From Bacteroidota bacterium (GTDB lineage: Bacteria > Bacteroidota > Ignavibacteria > UBA10030 > UBA8401): a stretch of DNA of 64,000 nucleotides. The DNA lies in NCBI GenBank assembly GCA_035505655.1, contig DATJQP010000034.1, forward strand, positions 42,568 through 106,567. The letters run 5' to 3'. A program made the position numbers and the translations under genes. The notes beneath the pieces were generated by a model. The model had not been told where the DNA came from. It ran no database searches and saw nothing but the letters and a program-made list of their open reading frames with translations. How positions within the stretch are numbered: the stretch's first letter is position 1; every line of letters starts with the position of its first letter. Positions 1 through 8,773 of the stretch are shown piece by piece.

Positions 1-665
1 CCGCAGCCGAGGACAACGACGCTGCCGCCTTTGACATCCGCGGACATGACGGTGTGAGTCGCATTCCCGAGCGCGTCCATGAATGCCATAATCTCGAGCG
101 GGATTTCTTCCTCGTGGAAAAGCACGAGGTTCGACGCAGGGACCTTCACGTACTCGGCAAACGCTCCGTCATCGTGAACTCCTTTGATCACGGTATTCCG
201 GCAGACATGGCGCTCTCCCCGCCGGCATTGGTAGCATGTTCCACACGTCACGTGCATCTCCGCAGTGGCGTGGAACCCGGATTCAAGAAGGGAAAAGAAC
301 TTCTTGCTCTTTGGAAATGACCCCTCGGTCTCGCCGCGCAGGAGCTTTTTGACCGCCGGATCGGCCTTGGCTTTCGCGAAGATGAGTTTTGCGATATGCT
401 TTCTCGCTGTCGCGCCGGCATCCACGATCCGGCCGGAGAATTCGTGGCCGACGATAATGGGATCCTTCAGTCCCCGCGACATCTCGACCCGCAGGGAGTC
501 CTTGGCATTATAAATCCCCACATCGGTCCCGCAAATTGCGGCGGCAGCAACCTTGATGATGATGTCGGAGGGCGACTCAACCCGCGGAACCGGCCTGTCG
601 ACTAGCTTTAAACCCTTTTCCCACTCCACACCCTCGGCGGGGCGCGGCTTAATGATTGCTCTCAT
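1..665 (-). CDS. Zn-dependent medium-chain dehydrogenase (threonine/alcohol dehydrogenase-like), N-terminal part; 3' end lies outside the window
   Basis: Not in the ORF track because it runs off the window. My translation from the ATG (complement of 663..665) reads MRAIIKPRPAEGVEWEKGLKLVDRPVPRVESPSDIIIKVAAAAICGTDVGIYN...GHEFSGRIVD...HVTCGTCYQCRRGERHVC. It has catalytic-Zn Cys/His motifs and a C-x2-C-x2-C-x7-C structural-Zn lobe. Confidence 0.8.
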   Translation of the reverse strand, partial: MRAIIKPRPAEGVEWEKGLKLVDRPVPRVESPSDIIIKVAAAAICGTDVGIYNAKDSLRVEMSRGLKDPIIVGHEFSGRIVDAGATARKHIAKLIFAKAKADPAVKKLLRGETEGSFPKSKKFFSLLESGFHATAEMHVTCGTCYQCRRGERHVCRNTVIKGVHDDGAFAEYVKVPASNLVLFHEEEIPLEIMAFMDALGNATHTVMSADVKGGSVVVLGC

Positions 666-1094
666 GCTCATCCATTCCTTTCCTGATTGCCCGCCGCATT
701 CTCCGCCTACCATCGGCCATGACGGGAGCTTGATTGAAGTCTCCGGTTTTCAGCAAACGGAAGTCGCGGCTATCCGTCAGTCGTTGCGCGGAGAAGGTGC
801 CAGGGTAAATTCCCGGGGATTCGATGTGAGGGATGAGGCGTGTCGCTTCGTTGTCGGCCGACCTGGAGATTCTGGGGCCGACAAACGTCATGTGAGCGAG
901 AGAGAATTGAACCGCCGTTGCGGAACCGGGCAGATTCGGATAATTCTGCTCCTGCAAAAACTCGTTTGGAATTGAGCTATTCCCCGTTTCAATGTCCGGA
1001 TCGTGGATCAGGCATTCGCCAGCTAAGTGGACCTGAGCGGAAGACATCAAAGAAATCTCCACTGCACTTGCCTCCATCCGCCTCTCAGCTCCTC

Positions 1095-2453
1095 CTACGT
1101 GGCTTTTCTCAACCTAATGGAGAACGATCCGTCGGTACGATGCCTGTGCGGAAAGGTCTCAACGTACCCGTCCGCGGTCACGAGAGCGGCCGGCACGAAA
1201 GCAGATGCCGCTTCGACCGAAAATTCAGAGTGTGCCGCAAGGAACTCGCGGACTAACCCGAAATTCTCTTCCGGCTCCGTCGTGCACGTGCTGTAAACGA
1301 GGACGCCTCCGGGCTTCACGAGGGCCGCGGCATTTTCAGCAAGGCGTCGTTGGAGCTCGACGAGGCCCCGGATGTCATCCGAATCTCGCTTCAGCCGGAT
1401 GTCCGGTTTCTTGCTGAGGACTCCGAGTCCGGAACAGGGTGCGTCGAGGAGAACTTTGTCCGCCGGTTCGCTTTTGAATTCGACACCGTCGGCGGCGATA
1501 CAGGTGACGTTTCCGATCCCCAGCCTCTCACAACTTGTCTTGACGAGATTGAGCCTGGTCGGATATTTGTCGACCGCCAGAATCACTCCATGGCCTCGCA
1601 TCGCCTCGCCGACAAAGGTCGTTTTGCCTCCCGGAGCAGCGCACAGGTCGATCACCCTCTCTCCTGGTTTCGGATCAATCAGCTGACATGCCAGCCCGGC
1701 ACTCTCATCCTGAACCGTGAAAAACCCTTTTCTGAAGAGCTCGGTGTGCGAAAGATTGGAGAGACCGGAGGTTTTCACGAAATTCGGCAGGTAGAGCGAT
1801 TTCTCGAACGCCACGTTTTGCTGAGTGAGGAGCTCAAGGAACTTGTCGGTCTGGATGCGGGAAGTGTTGATCCGGAGCGAAAGGGTCGGCCGCTCATTGT
1901 TCGCCTGGAGGAGTTTTTCCGTCTCGGCGAACCCGAATCGATTCATCCATCGCCGTACTGCCCACACCGGGTGGGAATACATCACCGCGAGATACTGCGC
2001 CGCGTCGATGGTGACATCCGGGTAGTGGATCCCGTCGAGATTCCGAATGATATTGCGGAGGACAGCATTGACGAGGTTTGCCGCTTTTTCTCCTCTGATC
2101 CGCTTCACAAATTCCACTGCCTCGTTAACGGCGGCGTGGTGCGGCACTTTGTCGAGGAACATGATCTGGTAGAGCGCGGCGCGCAACGCGTTTTTCACGG
2201 TCACTTCTGCCTTCGTGAAGTTGCCGTGAAAGAAACCGTTGAGCACCCAATCGAGCTTCATCTGCCATCGGAGAACACCATTGACAATCTCCGTCAGCAG
2301 TGACTTATCAAGATCGTTGATTTCCTCCGACCTTAGTTCCGACTCGAGCAACTTGTCGAGATACGAATCGGTCCGCTCGACCCTGTTGAGGATCTTTACG
2401 GCGCTCCCGCGTACTCCCTGAAAAAGCAATTTTTTGTCTTCGATCTCCATCAT
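1095..2453 (-). CDS. rsmB: 16S rRNA m5C967 methyltransferase, RsmB/Sun family
   Basis: 452-aa ORF with an N-terminal NusB-like region, the SAM-binding motif DLCAAPGGKT and the catalytic motif YSTCT. The ATGATG start lies 3 nt from the stop of the upstream gene. Confidence 0.85.
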   Translation of the reverse strand: MMEIEDKKLLFQGVRGSAVKILNRVERTDSYLDKLLESELRSEEINDLDKSLLTEIVNGVLRWQMKLDWVLNGFFHGNFTKAEVTVKNALRAALYQIMFLDKVPHHAAVNEAVEFVKRIRGEKAANLVNAVLRNIIRNLDGIHYPDVTIDAAQYLAVMYSHPVWAVRRWMNRFGFAETEKLLQANNERPTLSLRINTSRIQTDKFLELLTQQNVAFEKSLYLPNFVKTSGLSNLSHTELFRKGFFTVQDESAGLACQLIDPKPGERVIDLCAAPGGKTTFVGEAMRGHGVILAVDKYPTRLNLVKTSCERLGIGNVTCIAADGVEFKSEPADKVLLDAPCSGLGVLSKKPDIRLKRDSDDIRGLVELQRRLAENAAALVKPGGVLVYSTCTTEPEENFGLVREFLAAHSEFSVEAASAFVPAALVTADGYVETFPHRHRTDGSFSIRLRKAT

Positions 2454-2456
2454 AAC

Positions 2457-3752
2457 TCAGCGAGAAATGGCGCCGGTAGCATCCTGTTCAAGAACGCCGC
2501 TTCTTCGCCGTTCTTCCCTCGTCATCTCAAAGACGATTCCGAAAAGAGCGGCCTCCTCTTTGGAGAGGATCACCCTACGTCGGGCCATCACCCTGCTTGC
2601 GGTTTCGAGCGCGCGAGCGGGGTCGTGAACAGCAAACGTGCCGGCCGATCCGCCCCAGGCAAACGACGGAATCACCTTCGGCGGAAAACCCTGGGCAATG
2701 ACGTTGGACACCGCCCCGACAACCGTCCCGGTGTTGAACACCGTGTTAATGGCGGTCTTGGTATGGTCACCGATCGTCACACCGACGAATTGCTCTCCGC
2801 TATCGACACTCTTTCCGTCGATGATGACGTCCACGGAGCTGTAGTTGTTCTTCAGGTCGCTGTTCGTCGTTCCGGCCCCCAGGTTCACCCAGGCTCCGAG
2901 GTAAGAGTGACCCAAGAACCCGTCATGTTGCTTGTTCGAATACCGGTCGATGATCGAGACTTCGACTTCTCCACCGACCTTGCAGTGCGGTCCGATCGAA
3001 GTCCCCTCGTAGATTTTTGCTCCGACCTTGATCGTGGAACCTTCGCCGACGAAGGCAGGACCCACGATGGTAGAGTTTGCCATGACGGTAACCCCTCTGG
3101 CCAGATAGACGGGCCCGCCACTCGCGTCCACCACAGTTCCCGGTGCAACGGTAGATCCCTCTGCGATGAAGATCTCTCTTCGGCCGACGAGATGAACACC
3201 TGGGGCCAATCTGCCCTTCATTTTCTTTCCCTTCCTATTCGCGGCGAGGGATGCGATGTCGGAGCGAAGTTGTGCTTCGTTATTACGGACCAGGTCGAAG
3301 GGATAGTGGATCAGGAGAGCGGGCACCTCCTCACTGGGCAGCCCGTCAAAGACCGATGCAGCGATCGGTCCGCGGAGACTCGATGCGATGCGCTTGAGGT
3401 TTCCGCCTGAGACTCGCGCCGCCACGACATCTCCGTCGTGGAGATAAACGCGGTCAGGCCCTTCCGCGCGGATCGTCTTCGTGAAGGCCGCATCCACGAC
3501 GACCCTGCCGTTGATGAAAAGGGAAGCTCTGCCACGCAGCTCGTTAACCGCTACGCCGGCATTTTCTCCCTTCACAACATCCTGGAGATATTCGCGACAG
3601 TGCAGAATGACCGTGCTGTGGGGGTATGCAGATTCGACCTTTTCCTTCAGGCTTCGGGCGCCGCATTTGAGGTAGTAGACCGGGCGGAAATGAGCGAGGG
3701 GGAGGAGCTGGGTATACTTCGGGTCTTCAAATAGACAGATGTCGTTCGGCAT
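2457..3752 (-). CDS. GlmU-like protein: N-terminal nucleotidyltransferase-like domain plus a left-handed beta-helix (hexapeptide-repeat) domain; putative sugar-phosphate nucleotidyl/acyl-transferase
   Basis: 431-aa ORF with an ATG start. The N-terminus is ICLFEDPKYTQLLPLAHFRPVYYLKCGARSLKEK. The C-terminal half has imperfect hexapeptide repeats (GPAFVGEGSTIKVGAKIYEGTSIGPHCKVGGEVEVSII...GAWVNLGAGTTNSDLKNN). Confidence 0.65.
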   Translation of the reverse strand: MPNDICLFEDPKYTQLLPLAHFRPVYYLKCGARSLKEKVESAYPHSTVILHCREYLQDVVKGENAGVAVNELRGRASLFINGRVVVDAAFTKTIRAEGPDRVYLHDGDVVAARVSGGNLKRIASSLRGPIAASVFDGLPSEEVPALLIHYPFDLVRNNEAQLRSDIASLAANRKGKKMKGRLAPGVHLVGRREIFIAEGSTVAPGTVVDASGGPVYLARGVTVMANSTIVGPAFVGEGSTIKVGAKIYEGTSIGPHCKVGGEVEVSIIDRYSNKQHDGFLGHSYLGAWVNLGAGTTNSDLKNNYSSVDVIIDGKSVDSGEQFVGVTIGDHTKTAINTVFNTGTVVGAVSNVIAQGFPPKVIPSFAWGGSAGTFAVHDPARALETASRVMARRRVILSKEEAALFGIVFEMTREERRRSGVLEQDATGAISR

Positions 3753-3883
3753 GGAGGTTTTGAGGATTAAGTCCGGGACCTCTCAAAGGTGCTACGGCAT
3801 TATTGGCCCGGGCGCCGCTTATGCCGTTCGGCGACCGGAGGAGACTGCCTTTCCCCGCATCAACGATGAGGGGAACTGGAAGA

Positions 3884-3919
3884 GATAAAAAACGGAATGC
3901 ATGGACCGGGCATTCCGTT
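3884..3919 (-). terminator. Rho-independent terminator downstream of rpmE
   Basis: Perfect 10-bp stem (aacggaatgc 3891-3900 / gcattccgtt 3910-3919) with a 9-nt loop, followed on the minus strand by a T-run (plus-strand A-run 3887-3892). It lies 32 nt after the rpmE stop. Confidence 0.75.
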
Positions 3920-3950
3920 CAAGACTCAGGGCGCGGGCTCACCGGCGAAA

Positions 3951-4178
3951 TTACGCCGCAGGTGCCGCAGGCGCCGCTACCTTCTTTGCGTATTTCTTGT
4001 TATAACGTTCGACGCGCCCCGCCGAGTCTACGAGCTTCTGCTTGCCGGTGTAATAAGGATGACAATTCGAGCAGATCTCGAGGTGAATATTGCCGACGGT
4101 CGAGCGTGTCTCAAACGTGTTACCGCAAATACAAGTAACGATCGCGCGCTTGTATTCCGGGTGAATTCCTTTTTTCAT
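3951..4178 (-). CDS. rpmE: 50S ribosomal protein L31
   Basis: [48 protein letters not shown] is the L31 signature with CxxC pairs. I trimmed the ORF-track start (4229) to the ATG at 4178, which is preceded by GGAGG. Confidence 0.9.
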   Translation of the reverse strand: MKKGIHPEYKRAIVTCICGNTFETRSTVGNIHLEICSNCHPYYTGKQKLVDSAGRVERYNKKYAKKVAAPAAPAA

Positions 4179-4299
4179 CCAAGCCTCCAAATTGCGGGTT
4201 AACTCACTGCAAAAAGGTACGAAATTCACGATTCACTTGCAAGGGCATGGTGGGCTCTGCTTTAAGGTCCTCGGTTGACCGCAAGCTCTGAACATTCCA

Positions 4300-6282
4300 C
4301 TATTTTTGAAGGAGAATCTTCAGCGACCGCACGGAACCTACCGTTTCCAATCTGCAGAGATAGACTCCGCTCGATAGGCCGCGGGCATCAAACTTCACCT
4401 CATGCTCTCCCAGAACGAGCACCCGGTCGACCAGGGTCGAGACCTTTCGTCCGGTGATGTCGAAGACCTCCAGGAGTACCCGGCCCGTCTGAGGCGTCGT
4501 GAAACGGATCGTGGTAGAAGGGTTGAATGGGTTTGGATAGTTCGTGAGCACCTGGAATTCGGAGGCAATCTCCTTCTCTTTTACGCCTGTCGTCGAGCTC
4601 TGGATGCGCACCAGCTCGATTCCGGCCCCCGTCCCGAGGTTCCGCGAGTACATCCTGTCGGTGGAATTGTTCCAGTGTTCGTGGACACCCAAACTCGGGA
4701 GTCGAATGCCGTCGCCGTTCGGGGAGTAATACGTCCCCGAGGGCGGGTTATCGGCCTGGGAGGCTTCATGGAGGTAGTTGTCGACGGCGCCGTAGACGGT
4801 GGTGTCGTGGGGATTGACCGCAGCCTCGGCCCGGATGAAGTCCAGCGCAACCGATTCGATCGCAACGTTATCCTGGGAGAGAAAGACACTCGACATCCAA
4901 CCGTTGTTGAACGGAGATGTCAGCCAGCGGCTGTTTTGTGAGATCGCATCGCCTTCAGTCTGGGCAGGATAGAGTCCCTCGATCATAAAGAGGAGTGTCT
5001 TTGCACCAAGATCCTTGTGTCCCATGAGATCCACGAGGGCGTTGTACGTCCCCATGTGCCTGCCGTAAAACGTCCACTCAGCGCTCCCCGGGATGATAAT
5101 ATTGTGCACCGCGATGTAGGGATGCACTCCGGCGGCGTGCGGCGCATACAAGGCAGGAGCCCCGGTGGTATCGTCACAGCTCAGCGTCCCGAAATGATTT
5201 TTCGCGCAGAATGTCACCCCGGCATACCGGTGACCTTTGAAGCTCGCGAGGTTGATGAGATACGCGGCGCGTGTCACCGAGGTGGGAAGATGCGCCGGAT
5301 TTCCGCCGCCAAGCTCGACCGTCAGTTTTTCGGACCAATGAACAATCGTCGTGTCCCTGACGTATTTCTCCCTTCCGTTCCCTCCCGTCCACCCCATGAT
5401 ATGGACGTTGGGGAATTCCCCCTTGCATTTGTTGTAAATCGCATCGGGGACGTAGCGGATGAGATCATAAACGGTGATATCGCTGTCCGCAACTCCGACG
5501 CGGTGAACGAGCCCTCGCAGGACGGTGAGGACGGCCTGGGGAGCAGTAAATGAAGAATTGCCGGGATCGTAACTGCCAGAGATCTGGTTGAGATTGATCT
5601 TGACGGCAATTTTTTCGCCGGGGGCGTATCCAACGCTCCCTTTCCCGTGCCGCTCATTAAAGTATTTGAAGAGCGCCACCCACGCAAGGCTGTCTGAAGG
5701 TTGTTCTGTCAACGCACGAATTGACTTTGAGAACATGCTGTCGACGTTCAACTGATGGGTGTTATTGTCGGACCACCAATCGCCGCTCCTCCCATTCCAT
5801 GTCGCCGCGGCCGAGTCGCGCGCCCAGACGACTCGTCCCGGAAAAATTCCCTTGGCCGTCCCCATGGGACTGTTTGGAGGATCGATCGGCACAAAAAGGG
5901 AATCGCCCACCGGCCGGGCGTCCGACTCGGTATCGGTCCTGAGAAAGGCAAACAAGAGAGCTGCAAGCGCAACGGCGGTGAAGACCGATCCGGCAAAGAG
6001 CCGGGCATCGCGGAAGTAACGCCGCGCCTTCTTCAGCGTAACAACACCCACGAACAGGCTCACAAGATAGGCAACAAATCCGCTCGCAACGGGGGCAGCG
6101 ACCTTCATGCATGGATACTGCGCACGGCTTGGCTTTGGAATGATCCGGATGAGCATCCAGACGAGCGAACCAATCCCGAGGAGGGCAAATGCGAACCGCA
6201 TGAAGAAACTCCTCCGTCGATCGGAGGCTTCGGACACGCGGACCGCGTGATGATGACACTCTGAGGGATGCGGCGAGTTCAT
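4300..6282 (-). CDS. DUF362-domain protein with an N-terminal membrane region and a T9SS (Por) C-terminal sorting domain
   Basis: DUF362-like blocks are GEKIAVKINLN...TAPQAVLTVLRGLVHRVGV and LINLASFKGHRYAGVTFCAKNHFG. The last ~86 aa (4303-4560), FQVLTNYPNPFNPSTTIRF...GVYLCRLE...KILLQK, match the T9SS C-terminal domain pattern. The N-terminus has an RRRSFF motif followed by three hydrophobic segments. The start is uncertain: the ORF track gives a TTG at 6360, and I prefer the ATG at 6282, which has an upstream AAGGAAG. Confidence 0.65.
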   Translation of the reverse strand: MNSPHPSECHHHAVRVSEASDRRRSFFMRFAFALLGIGSLVWMLIRIIPKPSRAQYPCMKVAAPVASGFVAYLVSLFVGVVTLKKARRYFRDARLFAGSVFTAVALAALLFAFLRTDTESDARPVGDSLFVPIDPPNSPMGTAKGIFPGRVVWARDSAAATWNGRSGDWWSDNNTHQLNVDSMFSKSIRALTEQPSDSLAWVALFKYFNERHGKGSVGYAPGEKIAVKINLNQISGSYDPGNSSFTAPQAVLTVLRGLVHRVGVADSDITVYDLIRYVPDAIYNKCKGEFPNVHIMGWTGGNGREKYVRDTTIVHWSEKLTVELGGGNPAHLPTSVTRAAYLINLASFKGHRYAGVTFCAKNHFGTLSCDDTTGAPALYAPHAAGVHPYIAVHNIIIPGSAEWTFYGRHMGTYNALVDLMGHKDLGAKTLLFMIEGLYPAQTEGDAISQNSRWLTSPFNNGWMSSVFLSQDNVAIESVALDFIRAEAAVNPHDTTVYGAVDNYLHEASQADNPPSGTYYSPNGDGIRLPSLGVHEHWNNSTDRMYSRNLGTGAGIELVRIQSSTTGVKEKEIASEFQVLTNYPNPFNPSTTIRFTTPQTGRVLLEVFDITGRKVSTLVDRVLVLGEHEVKFDARGLSSGVYLCRLETVGSVRSLKILLQK

Positions 6283-6548
6283 ATCGCTTCCTTTCGGGAA
6301 AATCGAATCAAGAGCGCTAAGGAACGCATCGAAACGGGCGGAGGCGGAGACAAACGACAACCGGCGATCTCACGCACAACAAGTGTGCCTCCAACTATCC
6401 ACCAAAGAGATCGGATTTGAGGAATCACTTACTGAAAGTGAGAAGGGACCATGACTGAATTCCGGTGCCTGAGATCGAAGAGCAGGAAGTCTCCCGCCCC
6501 ACCCACTTGTTCATTGGTCTGGATCGATCGAGCCGAGGTCTCTTTCGT

Positions 6549-8684
6549 CTATACCGTCTTGAGGTGAGAGTGAGGGGAAGATATTCTGACCCGGCGGGAG
6601 TTCACGATGATAAACACTGAACTTACGATCATCGCCAATGCCGCCACGATGGGGTCGAGCAATCCGAGCGCAGCGAGAAGAATGCCGATGAAGTTGTAAA
6701 TAAATGCCCAGAAGAGATTCCACTTGATGATGGAGTATGTCTTTCTTCCCAGATCAAGCAACCAAGGTATCCGGGAGAGTTGAGTCCCGATGAGCGTCAC
6801 GTCAGCACTCTCCTTCGCGAGGTCAGTGCCACTTCCCATCGCGACGCCGATATCGGCCGATGAGAGGGCGGGCGCGTCGTTAATTCCATCCCCCACCATC
6901 AGCACACGCCTCCCCGAGGCGATCATCTCCTTCACATACCCAACCTTCTGTTCGGGAAGAAGGGAACCACGCATCGTTGAGGCTTTCAAGAGCCTCCCGA
7001 CGGAGTCGACAACCTCCTGCGCGTCTCCCGAAAGGAGTCCAACATGGATGCCCCGGCCCGCGAGGTCCGCACATGTAACCACCGCATCGGTCCGCAGGGA
7101 ATCTGAAAGTCCGATCGCTCCGTGCACCTTCCCGTCCCATGCAATGAACACAGTGCTGAATCTTCCCATCCCTCGAAGTTCGTTCATAACCTCCGAGCTG
7201 AACCCGATCTCCGCGAGGAATCTCTGGGTCCCGACCGCAACAGCACACCAGCCTTGAGTGAGCCTCACGTCACCTCGAATGCCCTTTCCCGGATTGGCAG
7301 CGACATTTCGGGTTTCAAAGAGTCGCAACCCCTTCAACGCCGCATGGGATACGATGGCCTTTCCGAAACTGTGTTCGGAATGTGCCTCCAGGGAGGCGGC
7401 GACGATCAGGAGCTCCTCCTCAGTGGCATCAGATGCTTCGACTGAAACGACAGAGGGAACGCCGCTCGTGACAGTTCCGGTCTTGTCACAAAGCACCGTA
7501 TCTATGGCGGAGAGCTTCTCCAACGCCGCGGTGGAGCGGATGAGAACCCCTTCTTCAGCCGCACGAGCGATTGCAAGGGAAGTCGCAAGCGGCGTTCCGA
7601 TCCCGAGCGCGCAGGGACAGGAAACCACGAGGACTGTCAGCGAATTGAGAAGCGCCGGTGCCGTGCCCGCGGTGACGAACCAGACAGCAAAGGTCCCTGC
7701 TGCCACTGCGATCACGCCGGGGATAAAAACAAACGAGATCCGATCCACAAGTTGATGGATGGGAGAACGCGTCCGTTGTGCCTCTTCCATGAGACGGACA
7801 AGCTGAGCATGGACGGTATCCTCCTCAATTCCGGTTGTCTTTGCGGTAAGGAGGCCGTCAACGTTTACGGTCGCGGCGAAGATGCGGGATCCGGATTCTT
7901 TCAGCGCAGGAACGGATTCGCCGGTGAGGAAGGATTCATTGACGGTCGAGATGCCGTCCACAACCGTTCCGTCGAGCGGTATTCGTTCGCCGGGGCGGAT
8001 CCGGATCGTCTCCCCCACGCCGACCTCCGCGCTCGCGACATCGATCTCGACTCCCTCGCGAAGAACACGAGCCCTTCTCGGCCTCAGTTCCAGGAGTCCA
8101 TGGATGGCAGTCGAAGTGCGGATTTTTGCCGTTGCTTCGAGGTATCTCCCTGCCGTCACCAAAACAAGGACCATGGTTCCCGTATCGAAGTAGAGGCCGC
8201 TTCCCCCGGTAAAGACTTCATATGTCGAGAACCCGTACGCCGCAACCGACCCCAGAGCGATCAGGCTGTCCATCGACAAACGCAATCGCCGTAGCTCGCC
8301 GAGAGCGTTCCTGAAGAATGGATAGCCGGCGAGAAGCACGATCGGGGTCGAGAGGACGAACAGGAGCATGTTCAGGGCGGGCAACACCGAGGGTTCGACC
8401 CCCAACCATTTCCAGCGGTCGGCGTAGAGCACCCAGCTCAGAATCATGATGTTCATCGAGAAGAAGGCCGCGAAGGCAAGCCTGATGAGGAAAAGCGATG
8501 CAACGCCACCTTCCCCTTTTTCACCGGTGAGGGAATGAGTGAACGAGCAGCCGTAGCAACAGAAACGGAATTCCTTGTCGCCGAGGGTCTGCGTCACGCC
8601 CCCTTTTCCCTTGACGGAATGGGTGAAAGGGAGGCCGCATTGGTCACAGAAGATTGTCGTTGTCTGAGCTGTGCGGTCAACCAT
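6549..8684 (-). CDS. ccoI: P1B-type heavy-metal (copper) ATPase, CcoI/FixI-like
   Basis: Motifs are CPC (VSCPCALGIGTP), DKTGT (CDKTGTVT) and GDGINDAP. The N-terminus is Cys-rich (CDQCGLPF...FCCYGCSF) instead of a GMTCxxC HMA fold, as in FixI/CcoI. It is the last gene of the cco/act array. I trimmed the start to the ATG at 8684; the track start at 8738 is a TTG. Confidence 0.8.
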   Translation of the reverse strand: MVDRTAQTTTIFCDQCGLPFTHSVKGKGGVTQTLGDKEFRFCCYGCSFTHSLTGEKGEGGVASLFLIRLAFAAFFSMNIMILSWVLYADRWKWLGVEPSVLPALNMLLFVLSTPIVLLAGYPFFRNALGELRRLRLSMDSLIALGSVAAYGFSTYEVFTGGSGLYFDTGTMVLVLVTAGRYLEATAKIRTSTAIHGLLELRPRRARVLREGVEIDVASAEVGVGETIRIRPGERIPLDGTVVDGISTVNESFLTGESVPALKESGSRIFAATVNVDGLLTAKTTGIEEDTVHAQLVRLMEEAQRTRSPIHQLVDRISFVFIPGVIAVAAGTFAVWFVTAGTAPALLNSLTVLVVSCPCALGIGTPLATSLAIARAAEEGVLIRSTAALEKLSAIDTVLCDKTGTVTSGVPSVVSVEASDATEEELLIVAASLEAHSEHSFGKAIVSHAALKGLRLFETRNVAANPGKGIRGDVRLTQGWCAVAVGTQRFLAEIGFSSEVMNELRGMGRFSTVFIAWDGKVHGAIGLSDSLRTDAVVTCADLAGRGIHVGLLSGDAQEVVDSVGRLLKASTMRGSLLPEQKVGYVKEMIASGRRVLMVGDGINDAPALSSADIGVAMGSGTDLAKESADVTLIGTQLSRIPWLLDLGRKTYSIIKWNLFWAFIYNFIGILLAALGLLDPIVAALAMIVSSVFIIVNSRRVRISSPHSHLKTV

Positions 8685-8773
8685 GAGCGGTGAGGCCGAT
8701 GCCGGAGAGTTCACACACAACAAAAAGGCGCAACTCAACGGTTGCGCCGTGCGTTCCGATACTTAGAAAAGTT

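Noticed and set aside
1350-2303. 317-aa ORF on the plus strand, antisense to rsmB
   Set aside because: It lies fully inside a gene with clear RsmB motifs on the other strand. Its sequence is Arg/Gly/Asp-rich and low in information with no recognisable motif. Long stop-free antisense frames are expected in GC-rich DNA.
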